DNA from: Salisapilia sapeloensis CBS 127946
Lineage: Eukaryota; Protista; Oomycota
Direction: 5' to 3'
Length of the DNA: 64,000 nucleotides
Assembly: GCA_023334545.1 (NCBI GenBank)
Contig: JAADVB010000018.1
Span: forward strand, 67,233-131,232
This document shows, piece after piece, positions 43,301-51,571 of this stretch. Below the pieces are notes generated by a model, which saw only the letters and a program-made list of their open reading frames with translations, was not told the origin of the DNA and searched no databases. The translations under genes and the position numbers were made by a program. Numbering within the stretch: position 1 is the first letter of the stretch; each line of letters opens with the position of its first letter.

Positions 43301-45455
43301 GATTGTTGTTGGTGCGCCATTTAGTGATAATGGCAAGTTCTCTGGTGATGAATATCATGACCCAATGTTCGATCGAAAATACTTTGGCAATGGTGCTGTC
43401 TACGTCTTTTATATCGAAGCACAAGTGCAGCGAATACAGCTACAAACGGATCATGCGCTATCCAAAGGTACATTCCAATTGCAAGTAAACTACCGCGGCG
43501 TACTTGAGAAGACGAATGAGATTGCGTATAATGCCACTTCTACTCAAATGAAAAAGCACGTGGAAGATCTGTCGACATTGGCATTCGTAGAAGTAAGTCG
43601 AGAAGGTAGTCTAGACAAGGGCTTTACATGGTACGTTACGTTCATTGGCGCCATCATGTCCGTTCCACCTTTTGTACCTCTTTGGAAAGGATATGGATGT
43701 GATGTGTGCGATGAGTTCAGTAGCTCCTTCGTAGCTGCACCTGCCCAGCAGGTTAAAATAACAGAAATGGCATCGATTGGTACTTGGCAAGAGCAGGCAA
43801 GACTACATGCTCCGGATGGTAATCCAGGTGACCAGTTCGGTGCTAGTGTTGATATTAGCAACCATCAAGTTGCCGTCGGAGCTCCTGGATCCGATGCACT
43901 GACGACAACAACATGGAACTTTGAAACGGGCGATTTAACCGGATGGCTCGTGACGGGCACTGCATTTGATGCTCAGCCTACTTTTGGAGATAACAGTTAC
44001 CGTCGTATCGATACCTATCGATTCACACCCAAAACGCATGATGGTCCTGGACAGCACTCGAATCATGAAGGGAGGTACTGGATCGGTACGTTTGAAGATC
44101 GAGTTGGTAGAGGAAAAGATGTGAATGTCATTGCGACTTGTCCATTTGCGAATGATCTATGTAGAGTACCAAAATACGACCTGCCAGGTCTAAATGCTGC
44201 TGGAACGTTTCAAGGAGATGGACCGCAAGGTTCACTTACGTCCCAACCATTTTTGATCTTAGGTTCATGGATGTCCTTTCGACTAGGAGGAGGCTGCGAC
44301 ATTCGTGTTGTGTATGTTGAGTTAGTCGTAGATGGACTTCCAACGTACAAGGCAACAGGTAGGTGTGAAGAAACGATGCACGTAGTCACATGGAACCTCA
44401 ATCCATATTTAAATCGTACCGCCCAAGTACGACTCGTAGATGCCTCGAGCAGTCACCACTGGGGTCATATCAACTTTGACGATGTGCGCTTCAGTTGGGA
44501 TGTGTCCCAGCCGTCGACACCACGGGCAGGTGCTGCCTATACATTCCGCCGGAAAGCTCCAAGTAGTCGAGAGCGTTGCAGTGGGATGAACGTAATGGTT
44601 TGTGACTGGGAGTTCCAGGCAAGACTAGGACCGGGTGATAAGAAAGATGGAGATTTATTCGGATTTTCAGTAAGCATCGACGATGATTCTGGATTGTCCG
44701 TCGTCGGAGCGCCTGGGCAGTTAGGCTTTGACGCGAATAATACGCTCCTGGTTGACAGCTTTACTGGGTTTCCACTCGAATCGGTTGGTAGTGTGTACCT
44801 TTTCCAACGTACAAAGGAAGTACAGGATGGTAGAGGAGTATTGCTAACACCTCCACGATGGACACCGAAAGAGATCGTCAAGCTCCAGTACACACAAAAG
44901 CACGCTCAGTCTGAATTCGGGTATGCAGCGCAATTAAGCAAGTACTCGCTCGTGGTAGGATCTCCAGGATACTCGAGAACACCTTGGAAAGCCAAGGTCG
45001 GCCAGACATTTGCGTATGACGTTCGATTTAGTCATGTACGCTTCACTGCAAAGGAGTTTGGTTGTGTGGAGAGTAATTTGGATGGCTGGGCTTCACTTAC
45101 GATTGTGCGAGATGAAACGAATGTGTCGGTTCCATTGACAATTGGGTATGCCACGTCGGATGGAACGGCTGTGGCAGTTGATGCGGCCAAGTACGCTGCC
45201 TGTATGAAGGTTGCGATTAATCGACGACAAGGGTGCTTTGATTACCAGCAAGTTGCAAATGAGATCACATTTGCTGCTGGAGAAACGTCCAAGCAACTAC
45301 GTATTCCGATCGTAGATGACGATTGCTTTGAATCGTTTGCAGAATACTTTACAGTTCGATTGAATGTGCCAGGGGGAGAAGCGTTGGTTGGTGAGCAATA
45401 TGTCGCTAGAGTGCGAATCGATGATGATGACTTTGATTCGGATGCATGCCTATAG
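34383..45455 (+). CDS. Giant intronless secreted repeat protein B (3,690 aa): Ig-like repeats, 8 bacterial-adhesin-type repeats, 2x(7 FG-GAP blades + Calx-beta), inserted beta-domains and a CBM-like module
   Basis: 11-kb ORF with signal peptide (SLILLSVLLLYSIVLIEA); 14 FG-GAP-type motifs (e.g. GDLFGTSVGISGNSMIVGAP); Calx-beta motifs (EITFAAGETSKQLRIPIVDDD). No TM or GPI signal seen. Confidence 0.88.
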   Translation: MIYGSNRYSLILLSVLLLYSIVLIEAYKLRIHVQPETSTGGDPFAVDPVVVLTDNSDIDLDSVNVGGVLAVIGENPNIYGVVEPSNTIFPFVNGVATLTGLYIDLVASDYTLIFISISHGVKVESNPFDIIVGDMYGLALITDISTAYGGTPFRPQPIVAVVDRGGNVVDTHNDGTITVVIKYNPTGGNLLPVTGLTATIGGGMAKFQAMYIDVAGSPYVLEYTADFDLPAGSVIETNPFTVAAGSAAFLVLSSSPSSSIGGKAFGVQPVVEIRDAGNNLREEDSSSFVRAYIGNNPSGGTLLPSSATEVHVKDGVATFRNLRIDRVGSDYSLIFVLYAHVPGTTSYIKTDLELVSPPFDVVVGLPVELAITQRMSDGVLDGQPNAVQPELELWDAGGNVVNSVVSGDVIAHVVPSLSVGATVIIDTSHAPDVTVSHVQYVTNSDLPMPLGVGALIHVQVVFTAEVRATGVPTLELLSSETGGPNGIAECINVGVWTKSLVFEYAVIATDSTPDLNYVSVDALKVVNAIIIDRNMRPALLQLPALDGGYSLKSRSDVEIDTSAPVISYVHSVLPGNGEYGTGEKVYVGVVFSRPVTVYFNIYGGSPYINVVLASTKDGSNKRVAAFHDGNNTDTITFLYTVEDGDSVGLPGIDVVEDINVNNGFIKHYSSFPTTDADVSMVSDSSGNNLASMNQIRIDTSVPVVDASVGVTSVSQDGTYAPGDRITLAVTFDKPVRVDGYPRLYLETGAYDRPAGYATGSGTRVLQFIYKVMAYDSTGGGYLDYRDATALSLNGGAIRRLLSDGSGGVHAQISLQDATDTGKNLANTSQLTIDAQPARVTQVSVTSPPASVTRGDQVEIVVSFTSIVIVDTTEAIPSLKLHIGYYDRRAYYTSGSGSQALKFVYTAMLGDDADTLDYRSINALVLDGSKIRKYSSDPTMDAFLILPTPNLAAYNIEVDPAMGFTTTVSSITADVDPGIYGVKQVITIVVSFSDEVSLYSGMPYLKVSTGALVPYAEGSGTSQLTFMYAVQAGEATSDLDKFDDDAIICSGACQIVNFNREGVDLSLSALRLQPPLIVVDTSAPFVVDVYSVSPIPTINDQKFVVGDQIDIVVEMSADVHIDPPPADYPEKAPTLVLDVDTLGRHVLCSGYYGSDKHKLLFEYIVQHGDTSAELMYVDTASLTLNKDQSAIKRYSTSPTTNAILTLPAPSPLGSGNVIQVDTTLVPHVVSVTSLQNDPIYRAGDIIDIQVLFSYEVAVSGSPFVWLDLGYHSKRATYLSGTGSKSLVFRYTIEEDDYSIDLDYIDRHSLDTSDSKSAIYHAATHPTLLANLYLPYPSTQDSLSYNKDITVDGRKPRVIHVAFVTAEDSYGVGHQIVVEITFSSSIVVIPDDAGTDTTPVLRFRPDGVSGIITRYGYYVSGSGTNTLRFQYEIETGDTSSHLDYAGVDAIETRRSRILTQTTNVGLTPTQSVNLHLNPPGGRLLGDTAQSIAFGRVVFTDLMVNQLGYEYEIIFSTQVATTTLITSSRFDSLYSAVYGLRSSPSEHGDKLGYSVDIDEDTLVMGAPGAQRPISAVQIITAMCDSKDYIDEIQTVTTRATAQPAVQKIISSADPGATIAGNFRLAVAATGKSKVLPADVDIDLLSVTIEQALGFGTHSVNIVREENTACECKNAYIWTITFIFAEGPLAPLLTISELEGDGATIGDGLGSPNAKIIVESTAISGTFTLRTATSVTRLIDYDISPIKLTEYITNDLQLDVRHLRRTGPSTMREYTWYITFLATDQLYDVPELEAQSSGLYGYQARVKVETLRDGLGRLSGFFRLKFRSEMFPSDETEDIAVTASDIDVENALEALTSINDVQVSQSSSINAYGGYSWTITFLQVNTRNEYGPVEDKSGTLPPLEPVTTTLVGGEAVTLLKGSNARIDVQTGGFELSPLTEGATNWGLPGENAGMASVFTRGENDWKQQGSTISAIDTRTGDLFGTSVGISGNSMIVGAPAAAYYGAFELQNLLCDADEGYFRIVYQGRKSSPIEFDATSMQLRLAIVEAMSVPYGDVVIMTDFNDLCGGIEITIQLRSGNHGDTSGNIPELVVDATGLKKAGVQGIGLVQEYQRGTFQKGGEGAKGLQCGAAYVFERNEEEVWDEKAKLTPPVDMLSDVTEFGSQVAIYNRWAVVTAPGAYHHEGRAFVYEYDSGSKIWSLFQILDAYPYEKSSYDRFGDCVAISGHDDGTVVIAIGAPGFASAHGSVFVFDLLFGVFQNRQSIIDPYPGMGEAARFGSSVGLDMSSTFTLVAGAPNYATDVGDKDSGIAVVLTRRSGKDTYFKPQQALVGSDTRSKDRFGISVAISKDTLLIGAHELYQGIQTIRKPVQRVASVVLDDGQSVASGSFNLALLVVNNTADNSSSLVITRTMAFDVSALSMQSAIENDLPLGHVQVRRDGPSDRNEFSWYITFTQATGNIPLIQVGENHLATDAIVNSASVMIDIEWAVTMPPILRSNVYTFTRNEFNRWTEQLSFFPRAKQYFSWFGTSLALHERTAIVGAYNLDTYATGSNSGGGFVYDLGILGVRFSSKEYDVMEGETLSVDVTRCNEDGIYCAMDVAAEAQLYVNYDTGDAFSNRESKNVVKIEPRIGYYQRLSMLEAIPQSVSSFYASKVLGQEPYPQRGYGRWLRIDSAGTANARNQFYGSSERRSLWIDSQYDYDGEADYATSSGELYFDLEEPIHSFQVATTGDLVYEDLDESIMLRLSLPGIWPSRNGQLWSTATILDDGDGGMGTQSYLDVLSPEESDLQLHSQFGSVVSIFDDANVAVVGAPFDQEDENGIVTCGAAYFYARKSGVWELQNRQTPSSCVHGMLFGASVAVDGSLGPVRAIVGAPGAKEAYIYLKTGNTWVEEAQLSHPDATSHLHHFGGPRAVGIYGNIAVVGAAGLESAYVYHRLMTGWVFDRELKCSDSVVTPILQDTFEQEYRFGYAVAINKRTIVVGAPFSDNGKFSGDEYHDPMFDRKYFGNGAVYVFYIEAQVQRIQLQTDHALSKGTFQLQVNYRGVLEKTNEIAYNATSTQMKKHVEDLSTLAFVEVSREGSLDKGFTWYVTFIGAIMSVPPFVPLWKGYGCDVCDEFSSSFVAAPAQQVKITEMASIGTWQEQARLHAPDGNPGDQFGASVDISNHQVAVGAPGSDALTTTTWNFETGDLTGWLVTGTAFDAQPTFGDNSYRRIDTYRFTPKTHDGPGQHSNHEGRYWIGTFEDRVGRGKDVNVIATCPFANDLCRVPKYDLPGLNAAGTFQGDGPQGSLTSQPFLILGSWMSFRLGGGCDIRVVYVELVVDGLPTYKATGRCEETMHVVTWNLNPYLNRTAQVRLVDASSSHHWGHINFDDVRFSWDVSQPSTPRAGAAYTFRRKAPSSRERCSGMNVMVCDWEFQARLGPGDKKDGDLFGFSVSIDDDSGLSVVGAPGQLGFDANNTLLVDSFTGFPLESVGSVYLFQRTKEVQDGRGVLLTPPRWTPKEIVKLQYTQKHAQSEFGYAAQLSKYSLVVGSPGYSRTPWKAKVGQTFAYDVRFSHVRFTAKEFGCVESNLDGWASLTIVRDETNVSVPLTIGYATSDGTAVAVDAAKYAACMKVAINRRQGCFDYQQVANEITFAAGETSKQLRIPIVDDDCFESFAEYFTVRLNVPGGEALVGEQYVARVRIDDDDFDSDACL
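35655..38800 (+). repeat. 8 tandem protein repeats of about 125-135 aa in protein B
   Basis: Consensus P.V..V......Y..G..I.I.V.F...V.V.G.P.L.L......A.Y..GSG[TS]..L.F.Y.V..GD....LDY, counted 8 times. Confidence 0.85.
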
Positions 45456-45467
45456 AAATAGACCTTT

Positions 45468-46571
45468 TCATACTTTAACCATGCCATACATGGAGGATGA
45501 GGAGTTGATGATTGTAAGTCGGTTGGATGTAGATGGCGAGCAGATACTTTTCATATCTGCGTGTGTCAAATGAACGGCAATAGATCTAGTCTGTACGAAG
45601 TGCGCTGGAAGGCGTGCATGGGTGAATACAATAAAATTATCTTTATACTGTATATTTGCCGTTAAAGTTACCAGGCAGTCATCTCCAACATGCATTACCA
45701 GTAACAAAGGAAATTTTGAATTTGCTTTAAACATTGAAACGAGAGACGAAACCAGCATGTATGCAATTGAGAGCACTCTATCCATAATGTTGCCATACAA
45801 GTATGTCAGTGTTGCGTTCACACTGACTATGTTTGCTTCGTCTATAGTCGGTCGAGACCAGCGAAAGTTGCAGTAATTACTAGCACGTGTTAAACAGGTC
45901 TTCCAGGCTGCTAGAGATGACGATTTAAAGTACAAATATGGACGGGAAGGTCGGAAGACGTACAGGCATATTCTACAAGATAAAACTATTGCTCGAGCAT
46001 GCTTGACTAAACATACATAGCAACAAACAATGGGAATCAAAAACTGGGTTCCAAAAGTGCTTTTGGCAATGCTTGCTTAGCTACTAAAGGTGAGATTTGT
46101 TTGTCGACGAGTTTTGTCGTGGAGTTGAAAGTAGGTTGGACATCGTGCTAGCTTTTCAAATGCACGCTGGTGAGTAATGACGATTTCGGATACTGGTTTC
46201 TTCGGTAAATGGAAAGATTGCCAGAAGTCGGATATCGACTAGATTACTATCTCCTATATTTGGCAAGTCTTGTGAATAAATTGGTCGTGCCGTTCAAAGT
46301 GTTTGATGATCATATTCATGCTGGAAAACACGTTTGAGTAGATCGTTCTAACGCAAATCTAATGGAGATACCGTAGTACTTGCTTGAGCCTTCCATTTAC
46401 CAGAGATCTGAGTTGCCTGATCATAAATCCAGTACAGGTAGTTGCGTTACCTACGATGACAGCGAGGCAGATATCTGCACGAAGCTTTCTGACCCGAACG
46501 GAATCCTTTTGAACTTTCAAGGTTTTCGATGCAGCTTCATCGCTTGTTGTCGTGTCTTCGCAAGGTGACAT
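45468..46571 (-). pseudogene. Eroded 368-codon reading frame of unknown product with 4 internal stops
   Basis: Tracked ORFs 46359..46571 and 45468..46040 are in the same frame. Manual translation of the gap finds only TAG (46361-46359), TAG (46256-46254), TAG (46241-46239) and TAA (46079-46077), with no frameshift. Confidence 0.45.
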
Positions 46572-47026
46572 CGAGTCTGGTCCACCTCCAAATTACTCGG
46601 TGAGTTGCAATCTACTTTCAGCTATACACTAAAAGTAATCTATCGTCCTTTTAACCGGAACACAGTGTCATTAGCTCATGATAACGGCCATTGTCCAGCA
46701 TGGCACGCACGCCGAGAGCTGGCAGCGATGAATCCATGCGACCTTTTAAGATTCGGTAAACTTCTGTTTTTTATTTTTGTTCGCTCGTCGTGCATACAAA
46801 CGACAAGAGAAAAGGGAACCCATCGTGTCAAGTCGTCGATAAAAAACGAATGTATGCCGACATAAAATACTGGAACGGCCTGTGCGTCGCGAAGGGAAGA
46901 AAACGCGACGACAGCGCAGCCACCCTCGAGCTTTTTTTCTACCTACTACTGCCTCCACATCCGTCGACCAGTCAAAGCCCATTCATTCATTTCATATCGC
47001 CAAGAAAGCTCTCGTTCAAGTAGAAA

Positions 47027-48850
47027 ATGACAGGTATGTCTACTCGTCGTATACCGTGCTCTTGTATCCTTTCGACGGAACTAGCCAGAGCGAGACGCTT
47101 AATTCGATGCTTAGTCTATAGCTGGGGTCGAGGCGAAGATGGTCAATTGGGTTTGGGCAACACGAGCGACCAGTTCAAGCCTGTGCTGATCGAAGCACTG
47201 GAGGAGCTGCCAATCACACAAATCGCTTGTGGCAGTGGGCACACGGTCGTCCTGAATGGTACTGCTCATACCGTCAATATCAATTCAAAATGCTCATGTC
47301 TGTATACTAGAGGACGGAGAGGTGCTGACGTGGGGCAGAGGAGATGATGGACGACTGGGCCATGGCGATAATGGGTGGAAATTCGAGCCTAGGACCGTCG
47401 AAGAGCTGCGAGGCAAGAGTATTAAGCAGATCACATGTGGTAGCTACCACACTGCTGCCGTCACAGGTATATCAAGTCTTCTATCTACTAACCGAGACAT
47501 TCTAATCTTCCGTCGATAGTCTCTGGCGAACTATATACATGGGGAGGAGGCATGTATGGTAAGTTAGGTCACGGGAACGAGACTGGGCACTCGACACCAT
47601 GCCTCGTAGATGCCCTAAAGAGTATGCTGGTGAACCAAGTCGCGTGTGGGTCTCGACATACCGTCGTGCTCATGGAAAACCGGGACGTGTACACGTGGGG
47701 AGACAAGGAGAACGGCGTCTCTGGTCATGGCGACACGGAAGGACATCAGTATGCCCCGAGCCCAGTGGAAGAGCTGCGTGGAAAAAATATCAAGCAGATC
47801 TCTGCCTGTGGATTCCACACGGCTGCCCTCACGGAAGATGGGGAGGTATACACTTTCGGCGAAGGCAAGTTCGGTCGACTAGGTCATAGCAACGAGCGTA
47901 ATCAGCTTGTCGCGAGGTGTGTAGATGCGTTAGCTGGTAAACGAGTGAAGCAAGTGGCATGTGGTGGCTTCCACACTGCTGCCGTCACAGAAGCAGGACA
48001 GGTGTATACGTGGGGAGGTGGCGAGCATGGTCAGCTCGGACATGGAGATAAAGTGAATAAAACAGCGCCGACGCTCGTGGAAGCGTTGGCAGACCATCAT
48101 ATTATCCAGGTGACTTGCGGCTGGAGCCACACGGTCGCGCTGTCGGACACCGGAGTCGTCTTCACGTGGGGCAATGGCGACCACGGCAAGCTTGGACATG
48201 ATGATACGATGAAGGTGACACTTCCGAAGGCTGTAGGTGCGTTTGAAGGAGAGCATGTAGTTGCGGTGGCATCGTACAATGAACACACAGTGGCACTCGT
48301 CGAACCCGCGGCGCATACTCATGCCAATATGCTTACGTCTTCGTACCTGGCGGAGATGCGGGAGCTGATTGACAACCCTGAGTTCTCGGATGTGACGTTC
48401 ATAGTGGAAGGGCGACCGGTGCATGCCCATCGAGCGATTCTGGCAGCTCGTAGTGACCACTTTCGAGCTATGTTTTCGTCCGGTATGCGCGAAAGTCGGG
48501 AGACAGAGGTAGTGCTGCAGCATATTCGCGTACCAGTCTTCCTCGCTCTTCTCGAGTACATCTACCTAGATAGTGTAAACGTCTGTGCGGACATGGCTCT
48601 CGAGTTGTATGCTGCAGCCGATCTGTATACACTCGATCGTCTAAAAACTTTGTGTGAAGTCATTGTGCAGAAGAATATCGACGTCGAGAATGCTGCAGTG
48701 CTATTTCAATCGGCGGATGAACTCCATTCGCAACGCCTGCGAGAGATCTGTCTCGCCTACATCGTCCGTCACTTTGATATGGTGACCAAGACAGAAGGGT
48801 TTGCAAACCTCAGTCGAGATTTGATCCTCGAAGTACTACGTAGTAGATAA
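47027..48850 (+). CDS. RCC1-repeat + BTB/POZ domain protein (RCBTB-like putative CUL3 adaptor), multi-exon
   Basis: Seven RCC1 repeats (VYSWGRGEDGQLGLG, QIACGSGHT, CGFHTAA...) followed by BTB (FSDVTFIVEGRPVHAHRAILAARSDHFRAMF). Introns near 47250 and 47468 with CTAAC/CTAAT branch sites. First exon uncertain. Confidence 0.9.
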
Positions 48851-49136
48851 TGTAGTCGCCCGTAGACCTTTTGCTTTAATACAGCATCTTTATTCTGCAT
48901 ATTACTACATGTCTTTCGTCTTAAACGCATAACTGTACGTCGATTCGTCATGTAATAAGGACGGTAGGTGATCTATAGAGTAGAGATGGTTAGGATACAT
49001 GCATCTAGTTGTATTATGGAGGGAAGAAAGGCTTGTGTAGTCAAAAGTACGGAAGAGTGTATTGACAGTGTTATTATCTCGTCATGGCCTAACGATACTT
49101 TGATCGATGCAAAGTGAAAGAGTACATCAGACAAGC

Positions 49137-50159
49137 TTAGAACTGAGGATCACAGTCCGTTGTGTGGTCTGCGCCAGCCGACGGTGCCGGGGTCACAACT
49201 GGAGAGTCGGCCGCAGATTCAGCTCCGTTGTCGGACGAGACCGAGGCGGCAGCGTCCGAGTTATCAGTGTTTCCACCGTATGCGCGGTCGTTCGACTTAT
49301 AAGCGTCCGTGGGAGCTTCCGGGCCTTCCGGAGCATCTATCGGCGCTTCCGTGGGCGCTTCCGTGGGCGCTTCCGTGGGCGCTTCCGTGGGTGCTTCCGT
49401 GGGCGCTTCCGTGGGCGCTTCCGTGGGTGCTTCCGTGGGTGCTTCCGTAACGTCTTGTGCGTATTCGTTAGCAACCGATTCAGTGCCGTCTTGCTGCGAG
49501 CTCATGGTGCTCTGGTTCGCACTGTCAGCAGACGCGTCAGCCGATTCAGACGTGTCCGTGGCGCTGTCTCCAGAGCCACTGGAGGCAGGAGGGGTGGACG
49601 CATTGTCGTCTCCGCTCGAGCCATTCGGTTCGTAGAAAATGACCTCAAAGCTCGTACCAGCGTCACAGTTGTGGGTCTTGGTGTCATCCTTTGGGAAGTT
49701 GTACGCGTCTGGGCATCCATCTTCTGGGCAGTCGATTTCGTGACAGTTTCCAGTAGTGTCTTCACCCTGAGGAATGATCTTGACAGCCTTGTTGAAGCCG
49801 ATACCAGACTGAGAGTTCTTCTTACAAAGGTCGAGTGTATCACAGAAAATGAAGCCTGGGTTCAGTCGCGGCGGGATGATAGACAAGTCCCACCACGTCT
49901 TGCCTGAGTTATCAACGGAGAACTCGGCTAAAGTTGCCGCATCATCAGATCCTGCTCGAATGTTCCCCTCGAATCCGGCATCAAGACTTTTGGTAATCGA
50001 GGCACCGACAGCTACTTCGTCCGACTCATCCCCGTAGGTACCGCCTAGACGGGTGTAGATAGTCTGAGAGGTACTGCACTTGTTGGTGATCGTAATGCTG
50101 CTGGCATCAACGAGTCCGACGGCGGCGAGTGCTAGAGCGGTGGCAGCAATGACTTGCAT
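49137..50159 (-). CDS. Secreted thaumatin-like (PR-5) protein with Ser/Thr-rich linker and TEAP mucin-like repeats (340 aa)
   Basis: Signal peptide MQVIAATALALAAVGLVDA; ITITNKC, TLAEFS, WDLSIIPP, GFN, CPDAYNFPKDD. Confidence 0.8.
   Translation of the reverse strand: MQVIAATALALAAVGLVDASSITITNKCSTSQTIYTRLGGTYGDESDEVAVGASITKSLDAGFEGNIRAGSDDAATLAEFSVDNSGKTWWDLSIIPPRLNPGFIFCDTLDLCKKNSQSGIGFNKAVKIIPQGEDTTGNCHEIDCPEDGCPDAYNFPKDDTKTHNCDAGTSFEVIFYEPNGSSGDDNASTPPASSGSGDSATDTSESADASADSANQSTMSSQQDGTESVANEYAQDVTEAPTEAPTEAPTEAPTEAPTEAPTEAPTEAPTEAPIDAPEGPEAPTDAYKSNDRAYGGNTDNSDAAASVSSDNGAESAADSPVVTPAPSAGADHTTDCDPQF
49345..49448 (-). repeat. 12-bp tandem repeat (gcttccgtggg[c/t]) x8 plus a partial copy, encoding (TEAP)9
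   Basis: Counted directly in the sequence. Confidence 0.97.
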
Positions 50160-50656
50160 TTTCGATTGATAGCTTCTGACTAGCGAAGTAAAATCGTTTA
50201 TGGTTGGACGAGAACGAGAAAAAGGCTTGTGAGTTGGACAGCTGGAGGTGCGAGGCGTACCGTATCTCATTACATTCGAGCAAAAGTCTCTTTCGTGTCC
50301 ATTGTCAGTAGGAGTCGAGGTGCTTGATGGATTCCTATGGGTGGGAGGGTCAGGTCGAGCTACATTCGTGTGCTGGAGGCTCTACCGCTGTATACTAGGG
50401 TCACTTGCAGCCACTACGTTATTTCGAATAGGTTTTCAATCAAGCTCTCCCGCAGTTCATGCGAGAAACATAAGTGGTAGATCGCACGCGTGTGGAGAAG
50501 ATGCGAATAAGATCAATGTTGTCCAGTTGTAGATGCAAATTATTCCTGTCGTTGCATTGTGTCAACTTCAATGTAGAGTCTCGTGAAGAGACACTATGCG
50601 ATCCTGACAGGCTGCTTGCAAATGAGAAGGTGGTTTTAGTATCTCGAGTCGTCCAA

Positions 50657-51571
50657 ATGGATCACATACGAGACACGGTAGAAGAGCTTCGTGAAGCCGT
50701 TCTGTTTGCACACAGCAGGCACAGTGGAGCGTCGACTTCGTTCTTTGACTTGTCGAATATCTCCGAGCTTACCAATTCTCAAGCTCCACGCTACAGTCAG
50801 ATTTCTTGGCCGGATAATGAAAGTAGTCGTGTACGGCCTAGAGCAAGAACAATGTCGTCGTCGGCACATGGAGAGAGTCGGATGCAATTGGAGGATCTGG
50901 TAGATAGCTCGACAGGATGCGATGCCGATCCGTCGACAAAGCGATCCATTACATCCTCCACCGCATCTCACCACAGCACTAGAGAACTGAAATTGGAGGC
51001 AAAACTTCGAGAGTCGGAGCTTGCTGTTCTTCAATGGCAAGGTGCGTATCAGGACCAGGTTACCACAACGAATCGACTTCGTGACCAGCGAGATATGCTG
51101 ATGGAAGATCATGATGCTCCAATCGACCATAAAGCCGGCTGCGAATCTTCCGTCTTTACTCATACATGTAGTGACACCAGCAGTTTGATGAATGAGTTGG
51201 AAAATAAATTGCGGTATCAGGAAGAAGAGTACGAGTTGCAACGTCGTAGATGGGAATTGGAAAAGTGGGAGATGCAGGAAAATGCGAATGAACTGTACGA
51301 AATAGGTCGCGAGTCTTTAAAAGCAGTGCACGTGGCACAAGACGAGATGCATGAGCAGGAGCGCATGACCAAGTGTCATCAACGAGAGATCACTCGTCGG
51401 CTCATGGAAGAAACGGTGGCTTTGCTTTTGATAGCCAAGCGACTGACAAAAGCAGCAAAGGATGGACAAGGTGTCGAGTCGAAAGCGATGCAGCCTAGAA
51501 CAGTGATGAAAGTGCTCAAACGGTTAAAGAAGGTAATGGATCGACTGGAGGACACGGCAACGGCCGCGTGA
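50657..51571 (+). CDS. Hypothetical coiled-coil protein (about 304 aa)
   Basis: Long ORF with Ser-rich linker and heptad-rich helical C-terminal half. No family recognised; start chosen at first plausible ATG (MDHIRD). Confidence 0.6.
   Translation: MDHIRDTVEELREAVLFAHSRHSGASTSFFDLSNISELTNSQAPRYSQISWPDNESSRVRPRARTMSSSAHGESRMQLEDLVDSSTGCDADPSTKRSITSSTASHHSTRELKLEAKLRESELAVLQWQGAYQDQVTTTNRLRDQRDMLMEDHDAPIDHKAGCESSVFTHTCSDTSSLMNELENKLRYQEEEYELQRRRWELEKWEMQENANELYEIGRESLKAVHVAQDEMHEQERMTKCHQREITRRLMEETVALLLIAKRLTKAAKDGQGVESKAMQPRTVMKVLKRLKKVMDRLEDTATAA

Noticed and set aside
49107-49907. 266-aa plus-strand ORF with RGRF repeats, and other ORFs over the 12-bp repeat
   Set aside because: Antisense shadow of the thaumatin-like gene; the stop-free 12-bp repeat keeps several frames open.
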